Source: Candidatus Staskawiczbacteria bacterium RIFCSPHIGHO2_02_FULL_42_22 (GTDB taxonomy: Bacteria; Patescibacteriota; Minisyncoccia; Minisyncoccales; Staskawiczbacteraceae). From it: 50,455 nucleotides of DNA. The notes under the pieces are model-generated. The model saw only the letters and a program-made list of their open reading frames with translations. It had not been told where the DNA came from and did no database searches. The stretch lies in the NCBI GenBank assembly GCA_001820175.1, contig MHOT01000001.1, forward strand, positions 1 through 50,455. The letters run 5' to 3'. The stretch's first letter is position 1, and each line of letters begins with the position of its first letter. Below, in pieces: positions 27,187 through 35,821 of the stretch. Both the position numbers and the translations under genes were made by a program.

Positions 27187-29805
27187 ATGTCAATATTTAC
27201 TAAACTATTTGGCGATGCCAATCAAAAAAACATTAAAAATCTCCAGCCGATCATTGAAAAAATCGGGTCTTTTGATTTGGTAATGCAAGCGCTTTCCAGC
27301 GATCAATTAAAAGAAAAAACCAAGGAATTTAAGGGTCGGCTGGCTAAGGGTGAAACCTTAGATGATTTGCTGCCCGAGGCCTTTGCCCTGACCCGTGAAG
27401 CCGCGCGAAGAACGCTAAACCAGCGGCATTTTGATTCGCAGTTAATTGGCGGTATGGTATTGCACCAAGGAAAAGCAGCGGAAATGAGAACCGGCGAAGG
27501 TAAGACATTGTCGGCGACGCTGCCGGCCTACCTTAACGCCCTGGAAGGCCGCGGAGTGCATATTGTAACCGTAAACGAATATTTGGCCAAGCGAGACATG
27601 GTGTGGATGGGACAAATATACCATGCTCTTGGCATATCGGTTGGTTGTATTACAAATCAGGCCGGATATGTTTACGACGCCGATCATAAAAACCCCGGGC
27701 ATGGAATTTCCAATGACCAATTACCCTTGACCCACAGGGCATCCTCGCAGGTGCTTTCCAAATCCCGACAAGTCGAGGATCCTCGATCACAATCGGGACA
27801 AATTCCAAATTCGAATGATCCCGCCTTTGCTGAAGCTTCGGCGGGCAAGCAAAATTCAAATAATGATGAATTAGATAAAAAACGGGACTTGGTGGGCGGA
27901 TTTAAGGTTGTAGAGGATTTTTTAAGGCCTGCCAGTAAAAAAGAGGCCTATGATGCCGACATTACTTATGGCACCAATAATGAATTTGGTTTTGATTACC
28001 TGCGCGACAATATGGTGGTGAATTTGTCAGAGCAAGTGCAGCGTGGGCACCACTATGTCATTGTAGACGAGGTGGATTCGGTATTAATTGACGAGGCGCG
28101 AGTGCCGTTGATTATTTCGGGACAGGCGGAGGATGCCACCGAAAAATATTACCAGTTTGCCAAAGTGGTAGCGCGCTTGGAAAAAGAAACCGATTATGTG
28201 CTGGATGAAAAATTAAAAGCAGTGAATTTTACCGAAGAGGGGCAAAATAAAGTGGTAACACATTTGGGAGCTGATCCATGGCAAGATAACGACATTGCCA
28301 CCACCCACCAATTAGAAAGCGCCCTGAAAGCCAAAACATTATTTCTAAAAGACCGGGATTATGTTGTAAAAGGCCAGGAAGTCATGATTATTGACGAATT
28401 TACCGGACGCATGCTGCCCGGGCGGCGATGGTCGTCGGGCTTGCATCAAGCCGTCGAGGCAAAGGAGGGAGTACATATCCAGCCCGAGTCGGTTACACTG
28501 GCCACTATTACATTTCAAAATTATTTTCGGCAGTATAAAAAAATATCGGGTATGACCGGAACGGCGCTGACATCCGCCGAAGAATTAGATAAAGTGTATG
28601 GCTTGGATGTGGTGGTCGTTCCCACTAATAAAGAAATGGTGCGAAAGGACTTTTCCGACAAAATATTTAAAACCGAGGAAGGGAAATTTAAAGCGGTAAT
28701 TCGGGAAATTAAAGAGTTGCATCAAAAAGGCCAGCCGGTGCTCGTAGGCACTAGGTCTGTGGAGCGAAATGAATATTTAGGAAAGCTATTGGAAATGGAA
28801 GGCATACCCCATCAGGTGTTAAATGCCAAAAACCATGAACGGGAAGGGGAAATTATTGCCCAAGCCGGAAAGATGGGGGCGGTGACCATTGCCACCAACA
28901 TGGCCGGCCGCGGTGTGGATATTATACTTGGGGGAAACCCACCTGACCCAGAATCAGCAAAAAAAGTCCGCGAGCTTGGTGGCTTGTATGTGTTGGGAAC
29001 TGAACGCCACGATGCACGCCGCATTGATAACCAGCTGCGGGGCCGCGCCGGCCGACAGGGAGATCCGGGCGCCTCACAATTTTTTGTTTCATTGGAAGAT
29101 GATCTGATGCGTATTTTCGGCGGCGACCGGATAAAATCAATCATGACTGTCCTGAAAGTTCCCGACGATGAACCGATCCAGGCCGGTATGATTTCCAATG
29201 CTTTGGAATCGGCCCAGCAAAAAATTGAAGGGTTTAACTTTGATGCCCGTCACCACGTCTTAGAATATGATGATGTGATGAACAAACACCGGGAAATCGT
29301 ATACAAAAAAAGACATGCTTTTTTAGTAAATCCGGTATCGTCATTGCGAGGAGCCACAGCGACGCGGCAATCTACGGATGATTTTACAGAAGGCCTGGCA
29401 AAAAAAGAAAAGGACTTAGGGGAAGATCAATTTAGACAATTGGTAAAATTCGTGGGATTGAAAGTGATTGATACGCTGTGGCAGGACCATTTGTCTAACA
29501 TGGAGCACATGCGAGAGTCCGTAAAACTACGGGCGTACGGGGGCAAAGACCCGTTGGTAGAATATAAAAACGAAGGCCGGAGATTATTTACGCAAATGCT
29601 TGAGGAAATTGATGCAACGATTGGAAATAATATTTTAACCGCTCATTTGCACGCAAATGCGCCGCGGAACAACACGGAAATCCACGCAGAACAACACGGA
29701 AACGAAATCGGCCGGAATGACCAATGCCCTTGCGCTTCGGGCAAAAAGTGGAAGCGATGTGGGATGGTTAATAGTCCGGAACACCAGCAAAACATGGTGA
29801 AGTAA
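27187..29805 (+). CDS. secA: Preprotein translocase SecA with repeat-derived in-frame inserts
   Basis: MRTGEGKT, DEVDSVLIDEAR, TNMAGRG, QLRGRAGRQGD, SEC-C motif GRNDQCPC.SGKKWK.C. Confidence 0.97.
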   Translation: MSIFTKLFGDANQKNIKNLQPIIEKIGSFDLVMQALSSDQLKEKTKEFKGRLAKGETLDDLLPEAFALTREAARRTLNQRHFDSQLIGGMVLHQGKAAEMRTGEGKTLSATLPAYLNALEGRGVHIVTVNEYLAKRDMVWMGQIYHALGISVGCITNQAGYVYDADHKNPGHGISNDQLPLTHRASSQVLSKSRQVEDPRSQSGQIPNSNDPAFAEASAGKQNSNNDELDKKRDLVGGFKVVEDFLRPASKKEAYDADITYGTNNEFGFDYLRDNMVVNLSEQVQRGHHYVIVDEVDSVLIDEARVPLIISGQAEDATEKYYQFAKVVARLEKETDYVLDEKLKAVNFTEEGQNKVVTHLGADPWQDNDIATTHQLESALKAKTLFLKDRDYVVKGQEVMIIDEFTGRMLPGRRWSSGLHQAVEAKEGVHIQPESVTLATITFQNYFRQYKKISGMTGTALTSAEELDKVYGLDVVVVPTNKEMVRKDFSDKIFKTEEGKFKAVIREIKELHQKGQPVLVGTRSVERNEYLGKLLEMEGIPHQVLNAKNHEREGEIIAQAGKMGAVTIATNMAGRGVDIILGGNPPDPESAKKVRELGGLYVLGTERHDARRIDNQLRGRAGRQGDPGASQFFVSLEDDLMRIFGGDRIKSIMTVLKVPDDEPIQAGMISNALESAQQKIEGFNFDARHHVLEYDDVMNKHREIVYKKRHAFLVNPVSSLRGATATRQSTDDFTEGLAKKEKDLGEDQFRQLVKFVGLKVIDTLWQDHLSNMEHMRESVKLRAYGGKDPLVEYKNEGRRLFTQMLEEIDATIGNNILTAHLHANAPRNNTEIHAEQHGNEIGRNDQCPCASGKKWKRCGMVNSPEHQQNMVK

Positions 29806-29807
29806 AC

Positions 29808-30167
29808 ATGAAAATTAATACCGTTAAAAAAATATATGCGGTTTGGGTGTATGTCAAAGACCTTGCAGAATCTAGAAAATTCTACGAAGATGTGATTGGC
29901 CTGAAGTTTAAACTTCAAGATGGTGATTGGATTGAATTTGATTTAGGCCAGACGTCATTTGGCCTGCTGCAGAGGCGTAAAGGCGATTCTTTCGAATCGC
30001 AAAAAACTCGAGTTATGTTTGAGGTCGGTAACATTGAAGCGGCAGAAAATATCCTTAGGGATTATGGGATAAAAATAATAGGGGATTTAAGAAGCGAATC
30101 GTACGGGAAATTACTTACATTTGAGGATATTAATGGGCATTGGTTAGAATTCTTTGAACCCACATGA
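29808..30167 (+). CDS. VOC/glyoxalase family protein
   Basis: VKDLAESRKFY..GL, D.NGH.LE. Confidence 0.85.
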   Translation: MKINTVKKIYAVWVYVKDLAESRKFYEDVIGLKFKLQDGDWIEFDLGQTSFGLLQRRKGDSFESQKTRVMFEVGNIEAAENILRDYGIKIIGDLRSESYGKLLTFEDINGHWLEFFEPT

Positions 30168-30547
30168 AAGAGTTAGAAAAGAAAATTCATCAATTTTTAA
30201 AAGTAAGAAAATGGGATAATTTGCGTCCTTCCGATTTGGCAAAATCCATTATGATTGAGGGGGCTGAATTATTAGAATTATTTCAATGGGAAAATCTTTT
30301 GCTTAAAGACGTGAAGAAGAATGAAGAAAAACTGAAAGAAATTAAAAAAGAGCTTGCCGACGTGTTAATTTATGCCATTCAAATGTCAGTATTATTAGGG
30401 TTTGATACTCAAAAAATTATTTACGATAAAATTGCCCATGTTGATAAAAAATATCCGGCTGCCGTGGTAAAAAATAGGTTCCGCGACGCAAAAAGCAATA
30501 GTAATTATTGGCGCATAAAAAAAGAATACAGAAAGAAGGGTTTATAA
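30164..30547 (+). CDS. MazG-like nucleotide pyrophosphohydrolase
   Basis: IEGAELLELFQW, ELADVLIY. Confidence 0.88.
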   Translation: MKELEKKIHQFLKVRKWDNLRPSDLAKSIMIEGAELLELFQWENLLLKDVKKNEEKLKEIKKELADVLIYAIQMSVLLGFDTQKIIYDKIAHVDKKYPAAVVKNRFRDAKSNSNYWRIKKEYRKKGL

Positions 30548-30580
30548 ACATAACTCAATTTTATCGCAAGCAATAAAATT

Positions 30581-30671
30581 CGCAGATTCACGCAGATGTC
30601 ACGCAGATCAACGCAGATTACGAACGTATCGTATCCGCGAAAATCCGTGTACTAATCCGCGTATATCTGCG
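30581..30671. repeat. Inverted decamer array
   Basis: CGCAGAT x4 facing ATC(C/T)G(C/T)G x4, about 10-bp period. Confidence 0.85.
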
Positions 30672-30687
30672 GATTTTACGAAGTAAA

Positions 30688-31131
30688 ATGACAGAAAATA
30701 ATATTAGGGAATTAATTAAAGAAGTGTTGGGAAAAGGATATTTGATGAGTTTGGGTACAATAGACGATGGTGGAGTTTGGGTTTGCGACGTCATATTTAT
30801 TTTTGACGATCAGTTGAATATTTTTTGGATGTCGGACCCAAATACGCGGCATTCAAAAGCAATTTTGCAAAATAAAAAAGTTGCCGGAACGATTACGGTG
30901 AATTTGCCGGGGGAATATAATTTGGGAATTCAATTTGAGGGCCGGGCAGAAAAAATTGAAGGCGCGCGATTTGATTTGGCAAAAAAGCATTACGCAAAAC
31001 GCCGAAAATCAGAACCGAAAGAGGTCGACGATGTTTTAGATGGTGATTCTTGGTATCGGCTAATTCCAGCAAAAATAGAATTAATTCACGAAAAGTTGTT
31101 CGGTTTTAATAAGCAAAAATTCCAGTTATGA
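30688..31131 (+). CDS. Pyridoxamine 5'-phosphate oxidase-like protein
   Basis: MSLGT, TRHSK.I..N.KVA.TI, GIQFEG. Confidence 0.8.
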   Translation: MTENNIRELIKEVLGKGYLMSLGTIDDGGVWVCDVIFIFDDQLNIFWMSDPNTRHSKAILQNKKVAGTITVNLPGEYNLGIQFEGRAEKIEGARFDLAKKHYAKRRKSEPKEVDDVLDGDSWYRLIPAKIELIHEKLFGFNKQKFQL

Positions 31132-32006
31132 AAAAAATAGTTTACATACCCATATTATTGTTGTTACTGGCAGGCCTTCGGTCTGGATTTTATTTTAAGG
31201 GCGCTGTTTTGGATTTTTATAATAACGCTGCAAAGAATTTGGAACACATTCAGCAGGGTGATTTTGGCATAATCGTCAGCATGGCTACAAAAAATATTTT
31301 CACTCCGCCGCCGCTGAATATTGGCGGACAAGAAAATAATGCTGTTTTTGTAAAGGCAAATATTATTGCCCAAACCAATATTCAAAGGTTTAACAATGGA
31401 AATTTTCCGCCACTTATGGAAAATGCAAAACTAAGTGCCGCCGCCCGCGCCAAAGCCGAAGATATGTTTAAAAACCAGTATTTTGAGCACATTTCGCCTT
31501 CGGGAGTTGATCCGGGTACCCTGGTAAAAAGTTTTGGGTATGAATACATTGTGTCAGGCGAAAACTTAATTTTGGGAAATTTTGCTGATGAGAAAGAGTT
31601 GGTGCAGGCCTGGATGGACTCACCGGGGCACCGCGCCAATATATTACACAACCGTTTTACGGAAATTGGGGTGGCGGTGGTAAAGGGCATCTACCAGGGT
31701 CGCAGTGCTTGGATCTCAGTGCAAGAATTCGGTCTGCCGCTTTCGGTCTGTCCCGAGCCGCCTGTTAGCGCAAAGCAGAAGATTGAAAATAATAAAATTA
31801 CCCTGACCGAGCTTGAGGCCCAAATTAATACGAAGCGCCAAGAAATTAATAACACTAACCCGCGTTCGTCCCAATACAATGCGAAGGTGGATGAGTACAA
31901 TAATTTGGTGGCTCAATATAACCAATTGGCGAATTCAACTAAAGATTTGATTGTAAATTATAATAGTCAAATTAACGCGTTTAATGAGTGCGTAGTGGGA
32001 AATTAA
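31128..32006 (+). CDS. CAP/SCP domain protein with a C-terminal coiled coil
   Basis: YFEH.SP.G, GENL, WMDSPGHRANIL. Confidence 0.9.
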   Translation: MKKIVYIPILLLLLAGLRSGFYFKGAVLDFYNNAAKNLEHIQQGDFGIIVSMATKNIFTPPPLNIGGQENNAVFVKANIIAQTNIQRFNNGNFPPLMENAKLSAAARAKAEDMFKNQYFEHISPSGVDPGTLVKSFGYEYIVSGENLILGNFADEKELVQAWMDSPGHRANILHNRFTEIGVAVVKGIYQGRSAWISVQEFGLPLSVCPEPPVSAKQKIENNKITLTELEAQINTKRQEINNTNPRSSQYNAKVDEYNNLVAQYNQLANSTKDLIVNYNSQINAFNECVVGN

Positions 32007-32008
32007 GC

Positions 32009-32120
32009 GAAATCCCAATGACTAATTCCCAATGACCAATCAAATCCCAATTACCTAATAATCAAACCGTTTTAGAATTTAGGGTTCGGAATTTATTTGG
32101 GATTTGGAGTTTGGGATTTC
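32009..32120. repeat. Inverted heptamer-type array
   Basis: AA(A/T)TCCCAAT units facing TTGGGATTT units; centre AAACCGTTT. Confidence 0.8.
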
Positions 32121-32127
32121 AGATGTA

Positions 32128-32557
32128 GTGGAACACGTTGCTATTACGAAAAAGAACTGGGGATTTATTGAAAAGATTTTGGATGGGTCAAAAACCATTG
32201 AGTCGCGCTGGTATCTTGCAAAGCGCCCACCTTGGAATAACATTAAAAATGGGGGATACTGTGTATTTTAAAAATTCGGGCGAAAAAGTTTCAGTAAAGG
32301 CCCAAGTTAAAAAACTATGGCAATTTATTTGTTTAAAGCCCGATGTTAAAAAGATTTTAAATAAATACGGGAAAGATATTGGCATGGAGAAAAAAGATGC
32401 GGCGGAATTTGCACGCAAATTCCGCGACAAAAAATATTGCATTTTAATTTTTTTGACTCAGGCCAAAAAAATTAAGCCATTTGAAATTAACAAAAAAGGT
32501 TTTGGTGCCATGGCTTCCTGGATTACCGTTGAAAAAATTAAAAATATAGCTGTATGA
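32128..32557 (+). pseudogene. ASCH/PUA-like protein split by a 1-nt frameshift
   Basis: GTG 32128 gives MEHVAI..KILDGSKTIESRW..PWNNIK, continuing in another frame as GDTVYFKNSG at the A5/G5 runs near 32245-32255. Confidence 0.7.
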
Positions 32558-33009
32558 AAAAAATATTAACTCTGCTGATAATTCAAAAAGAAGATAAGAT
32601 ATTATTGGGTTTAAAAAAACACGGGTTTGGCATGGGAAAATGGAATGGGTTTGGGGGAAAGGTAAATAAAGGTGAAACTATTGAAGATGCGGCACAGCGG
32701 GAATTACTGGAAGAATCGGGTTTGGTCGTCCAATCCATGGAAAAAATCGGGGTGTTGAATTTTGTTTGGCAGGGAAATCCGGAAATTTGGGAAGTGAATA
32801 TTTTTAAGGCCCATGAATTTATTGGTCAGCCGCAAGAAACAGAGGAGATGAGGCCCCGATGGTTTTTATTGAAAGATATTCCGTTTGAGGCCATGTGGCC
32901 AGATGACAAACACTGGCTTCCGTTATTTCTGGAAAATAAAAAATTTAAAGGGATATTTTTGTTTAACCAAAGCAATGTGATAGAAAGTTACAACCTGTAT
33001 GAAAGTTAG
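32554..33009 (+). CDS. 8-oxo-dGTP diphosphatase (MTH1/NUDT1-like)
   Basis: GKWNGFGGKV..GETIE.AA.RELLEESG, MWPDD..W. Confidence 0.9.
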   Translation: MKKILTLLIIQKEDKILLGLKKHGFGMGKWNGFGGKVNKGETIEDAAQRELLEESGLVVQSMEKIGVLNFVWQGNPEIWEVNIFKAHEFIGQPQETEEMRPRWFLLKDIPFEAMWPDDKHWLPLFLENKKFKGIFLFNQSNVIESYNLYES

Positions 33010-33214
33010 CGCTATTACAACCAGGATTTTTTTACCCCCAAAAGATGATCTGCTTTCTTTTATAAAAGAAAGTTTTTTAATTGTAAAACTGAAAGAAAAA
33101 TCAGTTATAGTAGTTAATCAACGAATAACGAATTCTGTTGCGAATTTACGAAGCACCTGCGGGGAGTCCCTGCGGGTCCAGCGAAAATTAGTATTTCGAT
33201 TCGTTATTCGTTGA
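32999..33214 (+). pseudogene. Truncated N-terminus of a CofE-like gamma-glutamyl ligase family protein
   Basis: MKVSAITTRIFLPPKDDL...EKSVIVV, after which the frame runs into a hairpin element. Confidence 0.55.
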
Positions 33215-33215
33215 T
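33117..33215. repeat. ACGAAT-type inverted element with a nested module
   Basis: Perfect 17-bp inverted repeat ATCAACGAATAACGAAT; contains GCACCTGCGGGGAGTCCCTGCGGGTC. Confidence 0.8.
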
Positions 33216-33221
33216 ATCTTT

Positions 33222-33707
33222 ATGAAAATTGCCATCGTTTCCGACACTCACGATAACATGGCCAACTTTAATAAAGTCATTGATTTTTTGAATGCACAAA
33301 AAATTACCACCATGCTTCACTGCGGAGATATTTGTAATCAAGAAACCGTCAACGAAGCGATTAAAAATTTTAACGGGGAAATATTATTTGTCAAAGGAAA
33401 TGGGGATTATGATTTGAAAAATTATAAAGACATGATGGAAATTGAGGCGGGGGGTGATGTAAAAAAGGGGCTTGGGCCAAAAAAAATTGCGTTTATCCAT
33501 TATCCGGAACTTGCCAGAAAACTAGCCGAGTCGGGGAAGTATGATATAGTATTTTACGGCCACACCCATAAGCCCTGGGAAGAGAAAGTAGGGAATTGTC
33601 GACTGGTAAACCCCGGAGAGTTGGCCGGCCAGCGTTTCAAGCCCTGTTTTGCTATATATGATACTGAAACCGATAATCTGGAACTTAAAATTTTGGAGAA
33701 GATGTAA
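33222..33707 (+). CDS. YfcE-type metallophosphoesterase
   Basis: SDTHDN, HCGD, GNGD, GHTH, NPG. Confidence 0.9.
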   Translation: MKIAIVSDTHDNMANFNKVIDFLNAQKITTMLHCGDICNQETVNEAIKNFNGEILFVKGNGDYDLKNYKDMMEIEAGGDVKKGLGPKKIAFIHYPELARKLAESGKYDIVFYGHTHKPWEEKVGNCRLVNPGELAGQRFKPCFAIYDTETDNLELKILEKM

Positions 33708-33727
33708 TTTTAGATATTAGAATAGAT

Positions 33728-33753
33728 AAAACACCAGTAACTTTGGTGTTTTT
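33728..33753. terminator. Intrinsic terminator
   Basis: AAAACACCA/TGGTGTTTTT. Confidence 0.65.
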
Positions 33754-33764
33754 GTTTTTGCCAC

Positions 33765-33793
33765 TTGACATCACTTCTTTTATTTAGTATACT
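33765..33793 (+). promoter_or_regulatory. Near-consensus sigma70 promoter
   Basis: TTGACA-17 bp-TATACT. Confidence 0.75.
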
Positions 33794-33847
33794 CACAATT
33801 ACATACTTTTTTAAAAAGTATTAATTAAAAGTTAAATAACATATTTT

Positions 33848-34228
33848 ATGGAAGATTTAAAATTTGAAAGATTCACGAAAATTGGAGGTAGATTTAGCAA
33901 TAAAATAAGTTTAAATAAAGCAGGTGGTTTTGGTTTTTCTTCTGGCTTCTTTAAGAAAAACAATATTAGTAAATATCCATATGTTATTATATTTTATTCA
34001 AAAAGGCCTATGGCAGTTGGGTTTTCTTTTTCGAAAGAACCAAAAGAAGGTGCGTTTAAAATTACTTTTTCAAATAGTAACACGGCATCAGTAAGCCCGA
34101 ATTCTTTTATGCGTGCTTATGAAATTAATGCAAAAGATTATTATGGTAAATATGAACCCCATCAACAGAAAATTAATGAAGGAGAGAATGTTTTTTATAT
34201 TCTGTTAGAGAAAAAAAATAAGGACTAG
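33848..34228 (+). CDS. Small basic hypothetical protein
   Basis: 126-aa ORF with its own promoter and terminator. Confidence 0.7.
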   Translation: MEDLKFERFTKIGGRFSNKISLNKAGGFGFSSGFFKKNNISKYPYVIIFYSKRPMAVGFSFSKEPKEGAFKITFSNSNTASVSPNSFMRAYEINAKDYYGKYEPHQQKINEGENVFYILLEKKNKD

Positions 34229-34229
34229 A

Positions 34230-34263
34230 AATCAAAAAAACCGTTGAATACGGTTTTTTTGAT
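34230..34263. terminator. Bidirectional terminator
   Basis: ATCAAAAAAACCGT/ACGGTTTTTTTGAT. Confidence 0.75.
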
Positions 34264-34331
34264 AAATATTGACGTAAAAGATAGCGATTACTTTTGGAAA
34301 GGTTGCGCTATCAAGTACGCGCCTTTCGGCT
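34234..34331 (-). ncRNA. Candidate small RNA convergent with the 33848 gene
   Basis: Minus-strand TTGCCT-16 bp-TATTAT promoter with TGn (34338-34365); GCC-GAAA-GGC and GATAGCG/CGCTATC stems; terminator. Confidence 0.4.
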
Positions 34332-34545
34332 TTTTTAATAATAACAGATTTGGCGTAGAAGGCAATGATTATTTAACCGAGTTCAACAATCAATTGCAAC
34401 ACCCGTGTAATTTAAGTTCATTTTAGTGGCCACGTTAAAGATTTTTTAAGCTTATTTCCCATTACAATTAATAGAAATGTGATCTCAATAGCTTTTTCCC
34501 TTCAGAAGTGTTGCAATTGATTGTTGAATTCAGCTTACAAGTAAT

Positions 34546-34884
34546 ATGAATAAAAAAGTGAAAACATTTAATTTTCCACCGCCCGATAAATTCAAAATTA
34601 ATGAAGCTAATTTTGAATTAAAACTAGGAAAATTTGAAAAAAAATTAAAAAATGAGTTTTCATTTGATGATGTTTTTAGATTAGTTCCAATGGTAATATT
34701 TTATCCCCCAGTTAATAGTTTTTGGTTTTTATCTACTCAACAAATGGAAATTGTTTATTTTGGTTATTGCATTTTTATGGTATTTACATTAGTCAATAAG
34801 GTATTCAATAATATACCTAGAAAAAATAATCCAAAAAATTTTATAGAGGATCTAAAAAAATCAAGCAAAGAGCATGGTGAGTAA
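34546..34884 (+). CDS. Hypothetical membrane protein
   Basis: AT-rich 112-aa ORF with hydrophobic segments. Confidence 0.45.
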   Translation: MNKKVKTFNFPPPDKFKINEANFELKLGKFEKKLKNEFSFDDVFRLVPMVIFYPPVNSFWFLSTQQMEIVYFGYCIFMVFTLVNKVFNNIPRKNNPKNFIEDLKKSSKEHGE

Positions 34885-34896
34885 TAGTTTTTCCCT

Positions 34897-35010
34897 CGTC
34901 ATTGTGAGGGGGCGCGCCGCCGAAGCAATTTTCGATTATTAGCAAGATTGCCGCGTCGCCCCGCTTACGATCGGGGCTCCTCGCAATGACGGTGGGGGTG
35001 TGGGGGTTAC
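34897..35010. repeat. REP-like palindrome plus a GGGGTTAC arm
   Basis: CGTCATTGTGAG/CTCGCAATGACG at 34897-34991. Confidence 0.85.
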
Positions 35011-35151
35011 GCCACAAGAGATTGACATTATTTATTAATAAGTGTAAAAATAGCCCACAGGGGGTAACCTAAAAGATGGTAGCATTCCTGACGTTTGCCA
35101 GTGGAGGCAGGTGGTATCTAGGAGGTGCTATGCTTTTTTGAGGAGGGAAGC

Positions 35152-35403
35152 GTGACACGGGAAGAGGTGTTCAGAAAAATTGGGGAGGTTGGCCTCCCTG
35201 AAGACACGGATGTAACGCTGAAGGCACTGCTAGCTCTGGGGGCGAACCCTTCTGATGTCCTACAGATTTCTGAAGGATTCAAAACCGTCTTGAAGGGCTG
35301 GCAAGTTGCCCGAGGCGAAGCAGATTCCCTGAGCAGGGAAGTGGAGATTCTGCGCCGCCGCCTGGCGGATCTGGAGAAACACCGTGTTTCTCATGTGGCA
35401 TGA
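35152..35403 (+). CDS. GC-rich small orphan protein with a C-terminal coiled coil
   Basis: GAGGAGG RBS before GTG 35152; TTGACA at 35022; downstream palindrome. Confidence 0.55.
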   Translation: MTREEVFRKIGEVGLPEDTDVTLKALLALGANPSDVLQISEGFKTVLKGWQVARGEADSLSREVEILRRRLADLEKHRVSHVA

Positions 35404-35450
35404 TGCCTCGATTGTTGCGGAGGACCCCTCTTGCAACCAAATGTATTCGA

Positions 35451-35488
35451 AAGCTCGGCAGAACATGTTCTGCCGAGCTTAAATTTTT
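35451..35488 (+). terminator. Perfect 30-bp palindrome, probable terminator
   Basis: AAGCTCGGCAGAACATGTTCTGCCGAGCTT followed by a T-rich tail. Confidence 0.55.
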
Positions 35489-35497
35489 AATGGCGGA

Positions 35498-35748
35498 GTA
35501 ACTGCTCACTGGCTTCCAACCAACCACCATACCCCAGGCGTCATTGCGAGGCCGGAGACGGGGCGAATTTGTTGCGACAAATTACGCCTCGCGTCTGGCC
35601 AGCCGTGGCAATCCCTGTTCGTTTTAGTGGTGGAGATTGCCGCGTCGCGTGCGCGCTCCTGAGTCGGGATTTTCCCGCCTTTCGGGCGGGAGAAATCTCG
35701 CGACTTTACGCAATGACGGGAGGTGTAACATGTCCAGTGAGCAGTTAC
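35498..35748. repeat. Composite: GTAACTGCTCACTGG shell, REP 35539-35718, two nested hairpin modules
   Basis: Perfect 15-bp outer inverted repeat; modules at 35555-35596 and 35661-35708. Confidence 0.88.
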
Positions 35749-35759
35749 ATGGCGGACTC

Positions 35760-35788
35760 TTGCAAATTTTCATAAAACTGTTTACAAT
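35760..35788 (+). promoter_or_regulatory. secDF promoter
   Basis: TTGCAA-17 bp-TACAAT. Confidence 0.6.
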
Positions 35789-35821
35789 AAAAAATCAGTT
35801 TTTTTGAATCTCATTCATTTT

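Noticed and set aside
27700-27870. Intein or intron in secA
   Set aside because: No Cys/Ser start or His-Asn end, too short, and made of repeats seen intergenically
34244-34426. 60-aa plus-strand ORF
   Set aside because: TTG start inside a terminator hairpin with no RBS
35569-35775. ORFs over REP composites (also 43280, 46617, 48503, 49606)
   Set aside because: Repeat-derived peptides
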